Assembly (NCBI GenBank): GCA_964022095.1 | Contig: CAXHZO010000023.1 | Coordinates: 1-34,834 of the forward strand | DNA: 34,834 bases | Reading direction: 5' to 3' | Source of the DNA: an uncultured Arcobacteraceae bacterium | GTDB taxonomy: Bacteria; Campylobacterota; Campylobacteria; Campylobacterales; Arcobacteraceae | Shown here: positions 26,578 through 34,834 of the stretch, one piece after another | Numbering within the stretch: the first letter of the stretch is position 1 | Layout of the letters: each line of letters opens with the position of its first letter | The notes under the pieces: model-generated | Seen by the model: the letters and a program-made list of their open reading frames with translations, nothing else | Told to the model about the DNA's origin: nothing | Database searches by the model: none | Program-made: the position numbers and the translations under genes

Positions 26578-28336
26578 ATGAGTAAAATTGTAGATATAAC
26601 TATTCCTGATTTAGGTGCAGATAAAGATGTAGATTTAATTGAAGTAATGGTTGAAATTGGTGATAGCGTTGAAGAAGAAGATGGACTTATTACACTTGAA
26701 ACTGAAAAAGCTTCAATGGATGTTCCAACAACTCATAGTGGAGTTGTAAAAGAGATTTTAGTAAAAGTTGGTGATAAAGTAAACTCTGGTGATTTAATCG
26801 CTAGAGTTGAAGTTGAAGAAGAGGGTGCTTTAGAAACTCCTGCTGCTGCAGCTGAAACAAAAGAAGAAACTTCTACAGCAAAACCACAAGCAACTGAAGT
26901 TTCTGTATCTTCTGATGCAAGTGAAGTAAAAGGTCAAGTATTAGTAATAGGTGCAGGACCTGGTGGTTATTCTGCTGCATTTAGATGTGCTGACTTGGGA
27001 TTAGATACTGTACTTGTTGAGAGACACTCAACTCTAGGTGGAGTTTGTTTAAATGTTGGATGTATTCCTTCAAAAGCACTTTTACATGTTGCTAAAGTTA
27101 TCGAAGAAGCTGAGCATATTAATCATGCAGGAATTAAGTTTGGTAATCCTCAAATTGATTTACCAGGAGTTGCAGCTTATAAATCAGGAGTTGTAAAAAA
27201 ACTTACTGATGGATTATCTGGTATGGCTAAAATGAGAAATGTTAAAGTTATCCAAGGTGTTGCAAACTTTATTGATGAAAAGAACGTAATTGTTGATGGT
27301 GCAGATGGAAAACAAACAAAAATAACTTTTGATAATTGTATTATTGCAGCTGGTTCTCAAAGCTCTAAAATGTCATTCATTCCACATGAAGATCCAAGAA
27401 TTTGGGATTCAACTAATGCTTTAGAAGTAAAAGAAGTTCCTAAGAAAATGTTAATTATGGGTGGTGGTATTATTGGACTTGAAATGGGTACAGTTTACCA
27501 AAAACTTGGAAGTGAAGTTGATGTTGTAATTAGAGGTCCTCAAGTTATGACTGGAACTGATAAAGATATTGTAAAAGTTTATACTAAAGCAAATGAAGAT
27601 AGATTTAATTTCATGTTTAAAACTCAAACACAAGCTATTATTCCTAAAGAAGATGGTATCTATGTTGAGTTTAAAGGTGATAATGCACCTGAACCACAAA
27701 TGTATGATGCCGTTTTAGTTGCTATGGGTAGAACTCCAAATGGACTAAAAATTGGTTTAGAAAATACTGGTGTTGAAGTTGATGATAAAGGCTTTATTTC
27801 AGTTGATAATCAAATGAGAACAAAAGTTTCTCATATTTTTGCAATTGGAGATATTATTGGTGGACCAATGTTAGCACATAAAGCTGTTCATGAAGGTCAT
27901 GTGGCAGCTGAAGTAATTGCAGGTCATAAAGTATTCTTTGAACCTAAACAAATTCCAGGAATTGCATATACATTCCCAGAAATTGCAACAGCAGGTCTTA
28001 GCGAAATAGAAGCTAAAGAGCAAGGTATTAATTATGAAGTGTCATCTTTCCCTTGGGCAGCTTCAGGTAGAGCATTAGCAGCAGATGTTGCAGGTGCAGG
28101 TATGACAAAACTTATCTTTGATAAAGATACTCACCAATTAATTGGTGGAGCAATTGTTGGAGATAATGCAGGTGAATTACTAGGTGAAATTTCACTAGCA
28201 CTTGAAATGGATTGTGATGCGGAAGATATTGGATTAACAATTCATGCTCACCCAACACTACATGAATCAGTAGGTATGTGTGCAGAGATTTTCCATGGAA
28301 GTATTACAGACCTTCCAAATCCAAAAGCTGTAAAGA

Positions 28337-28344
<8 letters not shown>
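26578..28344 (+). CDS. lpdA: Dihydrolipoamide dehydrogenase E3 with N-terminal lipoyl domain
   Basis: Lipoyl domain, GAGPGG, GGVCLNVGCIPSK, GGGIIGLE, HAHPTLHE. Confidence 0.97.
26587..26815 (+). repeat. Lipoyl-domain repeat, copy in lpdA
   Basis: Direct repeat of 24859-25087. Confidence 0.9.
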
Positions 28345-29570
<1,226 letters not shown>

Positions 29571-29605
29571 TTAAAAAAATTATTAATTATAAAATTAAGA
29601 TTTTA

Positions 29606-29614
29606 TGATATAAT
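29606..29614 (+). promoter_or_regulatory. Extended -10 promoter (TGaTATAAT) for the TolC gene
   Basis: TGATATAAT about 30 nt upstream of ATG, with AAGGA RBS. Confidence 0.55.
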
Positions 29615-29643
29615 AAAACCACTATAACACAAGGACTTCTTTT

Positions 29644-31086
29644 ATGAAAAAAGTATTTATTATGATTATTTCTATAGTTTCATTGTATTCTGCAGATAAT
29701 GAAATAACTTTAAATGATGCAATAAAAACTGCATTAGAAAATAATAAACAAGCTAAGATTTCAAAGATAGCTTTAGATATTGCAAAAGCACAGTATGAAC
29801 AGGCGTTAAGTGCAAACTATCCTGCTTTAAATGCAATGATTGCAGGGCAAAGAAAAAAAGAGGATGTGATTTATCAACAAAGAGGTGCCATTAGTTTGCC
29901 TTCTTCAACTGCAAAATCATTAGCACTTTCAAATATGCTAGCTAGTGGATTAGATTTAGCTACTGCTCAAGCACAAATTAATTCATTACCTGCTGGTGCA
30001 TTTGACAATCAAACATTGTCAATTGATACTGACACAACAGCTATGGGTAGAGATACAGTAAAAGCTTCATTAAATATTTTATATCCGTTATTTACTGGTG
30101 GTAAAATATCTGCAATAATAGAGCAAGCTAAGTTAAATAAACTAATAAATGCAAATAATATAACAAGAGCAAATCAAGATGTAATTTTTGATATCAAAAA
30201 ATACTTTTATGGATACATGCTTACAAATGAACTTTACAAAATATCAAAATCGACTCTTGATAGAATGAAACTTATTTCTCAATTAACTAAAGAGTTTTAT
30301 GAAGGTGGATTAAATTTAAATATTAAAAAAACTGACTATTTATCAGTTCAAGTGACTGTAACTTTGATTGAATCAATTGTTGCAAAACTAGAACAAAATA
30401 GAGAACTTGTAAAATCAGCACTCGCAAATACTATGGGATTATCATGGAATAGTGTAATCACTCCTGTATATAGTGATAGTACTATTTTACCAGCAAATTA
30501 TATTTTAAGTGATTTAATTAAAGAAGCTTATAGATCTAATATTGATATTAAAAATATGGATATAGCACTAAAAATAAAAAGTGAACAAATAAAAGAAGCA
30601 AAAGCAGGCCACTATCCTACAGTTGCACTGATGGGAGAAGTTTCACATACATATAACTCATATGAATATGGATATCTAGCTGATGATAAAGAGAACCAAT
30701 GGAATGTAGGTTTTGCAGTTGATATTCCTTTATTTGATGGTTTAAAAACTACTAATAGTGTAAAAGAAAAAAGTTTAGATAAAAAAAGAATGTATTTACT
30801 TCAAGATATGCTAAAAGAAGGTGTTGCTTTACAAATTAAAAATGAGCTAACAAAAGCATCAATTGGATTTAAACAAATACAAACTTTAAAAAAGAGCAAA
30901 AAACTAGCTAGTGAAAATAGAAAGTTAAATATCAAAGGTTATCAAATCGGAGCAATTGATCCTGAAGATGTAATTCAAACACAATATATTGAAGCTTATG
31001 TAAAAGCAGATTATTTAAAATATGAACATGATTACTTATTATCTTTAGCAACAATTGATAAATTAATTGGACAAGAACTTAAATAG
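29644..31086 (+). CDS. TolC family outer-membrane efflux protein
   Basis: Signal peptide, LNDAIKTALENN, YPLFTGG, IPLFDG, two-repeat OEP pattern. Confidence 0.92.
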   Translation: MKKVFIMIISIVSLYSADNEITLNDAIKTALENNKQAKISKIALDIAKAQYEQALSANYPALNAMIAGQRKKEDVIYQQRGAISLPSSTAKSLALSNMLASGLDLATAQAQINSLPAGAFDNQTLSIDTDTTAMGRDTVKASLNILYPLFTGGKISAIIEQAKLNKLINANNITRANQDVIFDIKKYFYGYMLTNELYKISKSTLDRMKLISQLTKEFYEGGLNLNIKKTDYLSVQVTVTLIESIVAKLEQNRELVKSALANTMGLSWNSVITPVYSDSTILPANYILSDLIKEAYRSNIDIKNMDIALKIKSEQIKEAKAGHYPTVALMGEVSHTYNSYEYGYLADDKENQWNVGFAVDIPLFDGLKTTNSVKEKSLDKKRMYLLQDMLKEGVALQIKNELTKASIGFKQIQTLKKSKKLASENRKLNIKGYQIGAIDPEDVIQTQYIEAYVKADYLKYEHDYLLSLATIDKLIGQELK

Positions 31087-31113
31087 ATATTTGTAAAACT
31101 ATAATTAATATTT

Positions 31114-31132
31114 TTAAGATATAATATCTTAA
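31114..31132 (+). promoter_or_regulatory. -10 box TATAAT (31120-31125) inside a 9-1-9 palindrome; probable leaderless promoter
   Basis: TTAAGATAT-A-ATATCTTAA; ATG 6 nt after -10; no SD. Confidence 0.55.
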
Positions 31133-32562
31133 TGAAAAAGATATTAATTATTTTAGATGGAATTGTTGCAAAGAAGCTTATGCATAGAATTGTGGAGGCT
31201 AATACAGGTGATAACAACTATGATGTTGTTTATATGAGTGATCTTATATTACCTGTACAAAAGCCTTCAAACTTTACTTTTTACAAACTAGACCCAACTT
31301 CAAAATCTAAACTAGCAATGGTTTTAGATAAAAATATTCACACAGAAGTATTAATTGCACTTAACTCAAAAGATGAAATGCTAAATGTAATAAAAAACAT
31401 TAGAGAACATAAACAAAATCTTCAAATGACAGTGTTAGATTATTGGGGAATAAAAGTAAATGATCCTCACATAAATATTTATAGAGGTATTGATGTATTA
31501 GCAAATGGTATGGTTGAAAAACTTCCTAATGTTCCTGTTTTAGCTCAAAATATTGGATTAAAACAAGGTGAAATTATGGAAATTAGAGTTCCATTTGGTA
31601 GTTCATATGCTTATAGATATATAGGTTCAATTGAACAAAAAGATTGGAAGATTTTTGGTTTATATAGAAATCAAAAAATGATACCAATAAAACCATCTTT
31701 AGTCTTAAAACCAAATGACTTAATTTTAGTTATAGGTAAGCCAAAAGTTTTAATGCAAGTGTATAATGCTATTGGAAAAACACAAGGTCAATTTCCTATG
31801 CCTTTTGGTAGCAATATATATCTATATCTTGACTTATATTTACAAGATGAAAAAAGTGTTAAAAAAGCATTAGATGAAGCTAAATTTTTAAATCAAAAAC
31901 TAAAAAACCAGAAATTAATTGTAAAAATCACTAGGCCAACATCAGTTGATATTATGAATTTTATTAAAGATGAATTAAGATATTTTACAACTATAACTTT
32001 ACAAATTGATTATGCAAATAAAGGCTTCAATAAAATAATAAAAGAAGACTCTAGAAAATATGATATTGGTATGATTATGTTAACTCAAGAAATGTTTAAA
32101 AACAAAGATGATGTTAAAGGTGTTTTAGAGTTAAAAGTTCCGATTTTTAAAATAGGAAAAGAAAAATTGAAATCTGTTAAAAATACAGTTGTAGTTTTAA
32201 ATGATACAAAATCATATGAACAAATTTCTCCAGTAGTATTTGATTTTGCCAGTCAAATAAAAACAAAAACAAAGATTTTTGATTTAGATCCAGTTGGTGA
32301 AGAAGAAGATAAAACAAATCTATTAAATCACTTTGAAAATTTATCAAAAATATTTAATGAGAGATTAGAAATTATTTCAAGTAATAATAATCCAATTAGA
32401 GAATTAAAAAAACAAAAGCATATGTTGCAGGTTCTTCCTTTAAAAGAAGATATGTTTAATAAAAGATTTTCAATTAAGTTTTTATATACAAATAGTGATT
32501 TTATTTCATTTGATATGAATAAATATAATCAACTATTAGTACCAGTTGCCCAAGAAGAATAA
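31132..32562 (+). CDS. TrkA-C (RCK) domain protein, COG3400-like
   Basis: Degenerate Rossmann N-terminus; GEIMEIRVPFGSSYAYR..I...WKIFGLYR...LKPNDLILVIG RCK-C motif. Confidence 0.8.
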   Translation: MKKILIILDGIVAKKLMHRIVEANTGDNNYDVVYMSDLILPVQKPSNFTFYKLDPTSKSKLAMVLDKNIHTEVLIALNSKDEMLNVIKNIREHKQNLQMTVLDYWGIKVNDPHINIYRGIDVLANGMVEKLPNVPVLAQNIGLKQGEIMEIRVPFGSSYAYRYIGSIEQKDWKIFGLYRNQKMIPIKPSLVLKPNDLILVIGKPKVLMQVYNAIGKTQGQFPMPFGSNIYLYLDLYLQDEKSVKKALDEAKFLNQKLKNQKLIVKITRPTSVDIMNFIKDELRYFTTITLQIDYANKGFNKIIKEDSRKYDIGMIMLTQEMFKNKDDVKGVLELKVPIFKIGKEKLKSVKNTVVVLNDTKSYEQISPVVFDFASQIKTKTKIFDLDPVGEEEDKTNLLNHFENLSKIFNERLEIISSNNNPIRELKKQKHMLQVLPLKEDMFNKRFSIKFLYTNSDFISFDMNKYNQLLVPVAQEE

Positions 32563-32575
32563 AGGAAAAAACTAA

Positions 32576-33709
32576 ATGCATTTTGAAAAATATCCATTTG
32601 AAAGATTAAATGAATTATTAGCTGATATTAAACCAAATGAAAATTATGAGTTATCAGCATTAACTATTGGTGAACCAAAATTTGAAACACCAAAGTTTAT
32701 TCAAGAAGAGTTAAGAAATAGTACAGACTTACTGAAAAAGTACCCAGCAAGTGCAGGTCTTCCTGAACTAAAAGAAGCTATGATAAGTTTTGTTGCTACA
32801 AGATTTAATGTTGATTTAAATATGAATCAAATTATTCCAACTTTTGGAACAAGAGAAGTATTATTTAATTTCCCTCAATTTGCTTTATTTGATAAAAAGG
32901 ATCCTGTAATTGCATTTACCAATCCTTTTTACCAAATTTATGAAGGTGCTGCAGTTGCTAGTAGAGCTGAGGTTATTCATATAAATCTAACAAAAGAGAA
33001 TAACTTTAAAGCACAACTTAGTGATGAAGATTTAAAAAAATGTGATTTAGTAGTGTTAAACTATCCAAATAACCCAACATCTGCTTCAATGACTTTAGAT
33101 GAATTAGTATCATGGGTTAAAAAAGCTTTAGAGTTAGATTTTATTTTAATAAATGATGAGTGCTATAGTGAGATTTATTTTGATGAATCATCTAAACCAG
33201 TTACGCTTTTAGAAGCTAGTATTAAAGCTGGAAATGACAAGTTTAAAAATGTACTTGTAATGAATTCTATTTCAAAAAGAAGTTCTGCCCCAGGTCTTAG
33301 AAGTGGTTTTATTGCTGGTGATGAAGAGATTTTAAAAGAGTATATGAAGTATAGAACTTATGTAGGTTGTGCTTCTCCTGTGCCTTTACAAAAAGCAGCT
33401 GCAGTTGCTTGGAATGATCAAACTCATGTAGATGGTTTTAGAGCTATTTATAAAAAGAATTTTGAAATAGCAAAAGAGCTTTTAGGAACAAATATTCCAG
33501 AAGCAACGTTTTATATTTGGTTAGAAGTAAAAGATGAATTAGAATTTACTAAAAACTTATTCAAAGAAAAGCATATCAAAGTATTGCCAGGAAGCTTTTT
33601 AGGTAGAGAAGGTATTGGTAAAGGTTATGTAAGAATTGCATTAGTTGAAAATGAAGTAAAAACAAAAGAAGTATTACAAAGATTAAAGGATTTTATTGAT
33701 GGAAAGTGA
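32576..33709 (+). CDS. dapC: Succinyldiaminopimelate transaminase (PLP class I/II)
   Basis: YPFERL, LTIGEP, NPFYQIYEGAA, DECYSEIY, SISKRSSAPGLRSGF. Confidence 0.9.
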   Translation: MHFEKYPFERLNELLADIKPNENYELSALTIGEPKFETPKFIQEELRNSTDLLKKYPASAGLPELKEAMISFVATRFNVDLNMNQIIPTFGTREVLFNFPQFALFDKKDPVIAFTNPFYQIYEGAAVASRAEVIHINLTKENNFKAQLSDEDLKKCDLVVLNYPNNPTSASMTLDELVSWVKKALELDFILINDECYSEIYFDESSKPVTLLEASIKAGNDKFKNVLVMNSISKRSSAPGLRSGFIAGDEEILKEYMKYRTYVGCASPVPLQKAAAVAWNDQTHVDGFRAIYKKNFEIAKELLGTNIPEATFYIWLEVKDELEFTKNLFKEKHIKVLPGSFLGREGIGKGYVRIALVENEVKTKEVLQRLKDFIDGK

Positions 33710-34280
33710 AGATTTATTTCAAGCTAGAACAAACCCAGATTTTTTAAAGTATTTAGAAGAATCAAGGGTTAATTCTATAAAAAATGCAGATATAGCTTTA
33801 ATGTATGAGACATTAGATTCTATGCTTATTTTAGATTTAGAAGAAGAAAAAATTAATGAACTTTATTCAAATATTTTAAAAACTGCTTTTGAAAATGTTG
33901 AAAAAATTGTTAATAATGATAAAAAACTAAAACTAGTTGATAATGATTTACTTTATGTTAGAGCATTATATGAACATGCAATTGAAAAATGGTCATATGA
34001 AAATTTTGTTGGAGCAAAAGAATTAGTATTTGTTATTGCAAATATAATTGAAGATGAAAAACTAGAAAAAGCTTTAAATGTTTTACTTGTAACTTTATCT
34101 CAAAATGTTCAACTAGATGATTTTTATGATTCAAAAGTAAACTTAGAAATCGCAACAGAAGATGAAGTATATGGATACTTTATTGTTGATTTCAAATTTG
34201 ATACAGATGAGTTTTTAAAACAAAATGAAGAGCTTTTAAAGACTGAATACAAAAACTTAAAACACTTATTAGGAAAATGA
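33699..34280 (+). CDS. Hypothetical acidic alpha-helical protein
   Basis: Open frame with AAGGA RBS, packed between dapC and murC; ATG 33699 preferred over TTG 33696. Confidence 0.8.
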   Translation: MESEDLFQARTNPDFLKYLEESRVNSIKNADIALMYETLDSMLILDLEEEKINELYSNILKTAFENVEKIVNNDKKLKLVDNDLLYVRALYEHAIEKWSYENFVGAKELVFVIANIIEDEKLEKALNVLLVTLSQNVQLDDFYDSKVNLEIATEDEVYGYFIVDFKFDTDEFLKQNEELLKTEYKNLKHLLGK

Positions 34281-34834
34281 TTGAAAGTACATTTTATAGG
34301 AATTGGTGGAATTGGTCTTTCTGCCTTAGCAAGATTTTTAAACAATGATGGTCATGAGATTAGTGGTTCTGATATGAAAAGCTCTCCTATTACTAAAGAG
34401 CTTGAAAATGAAGGTATCAAAGTATCTTGCCCTCAAGATTCAAAGAATATAAATGAAGATTATGATTTAGTTATCTATTCAGCTGCTGTAACAGATGAAA
34501 ATCCAGAATTAATTGAAGCTAGATTAAAACAAATTAGAACACTATCTAGAAAAGAAGCTTTACCTATTGTTTTAGGTGATAAAAAAAACTATTGTGTAGC
34601 TGGAGCCCATGGTAAATCAACAACAACTGCAATCTTAGCTTCTATTTTACAAAGTAGTGCTTTAATTGGTGCTATTTCAAAAGATTTTGGTTCAAACTTT
34701 AGGTATGTAAATGATTTAGTTGCTTTTGAAGCAGATGAGTCAGATGCTTCTTTTTTACTTTCAAATCCATACTGTGCAATTGTTACAAATGCAGAACCTG
34801 AGCATATGGAATATTATCATTATGATTATGATAA
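34281..34834 (+). CDS. murC: UDP-N-acetylmuramate--L-alanine ligase (3' truncated by window)
   Basis: TTG start, MKVHFIGIGGIGLSALARFL, SGSD, VAGAHGKSTTT, EADESD, TNAEPEH; absent from the ORF track because it runs off the end. Confidence 0.95.
   Translation, partial: MKVHFIGIGGIGLSALARFLNNDGHEISGSDMKSSPITKELENEGIKVSCPQDSKNINEDYDLVIYSAAVTDENPELIEARLKQIRTLSRKEALPIVLGDKKNYCVAGAHGKSTTTAILASILQSSALIGAISKDFGSNFRYVNDLVAFEADESDASFLLSNPYCAIVTNAEPEHMEYYHYDYD

Overview
AT-rich chromosomal window from a Campylobacterota bacterium, most likely Arcobacteraceae (inferred from gene content and order). It holds the 3' end of pyrC and a divergent flagellar cluster: fliM-flgI on the minus strand, and on the plus strand a ChePep-like acidic protein, fliQ, fliJ-like, MotE/FlgY-like, fliL, an unknown membrane protein, flgH, flgK, fliD, fliS and fliT-like. 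A housekeeping block follows (tilS, rimO, panC, ABC permease, acpS, ruvX, metF, serB, tal, class II DAHP synthase, YffB/ArsC, gatC), then a lipoylation pair (LplA/LipM-like + lipA) divergent from an aceE-aceF-lpdA pyruvate dehydrogenase operon, then tgt, an orphan TolC, a TrkA-C/COG3400 protein, dapC, a hypothetical protein and the 5' part of murC. I see no rRNA, tRNA, CRISPR or mobile element. Best leads, all untested hypotheses: (1) the E3 (LpdA) has Ile-Arg in place of the NAD-specifying Glu-Met, suggesting an NADP+-using PDH complex; (2) a strong internal in-frame start in the ChePep-like gene; (3) a possible PilN-like motor accessory between fliL and flgH; (4) late flagellar genes under sigma70-type promoters; (5) two probable leaderless genes whose -10 boxes sit in palindromes. 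All calls come from motif recognition by eye; no searches were run.
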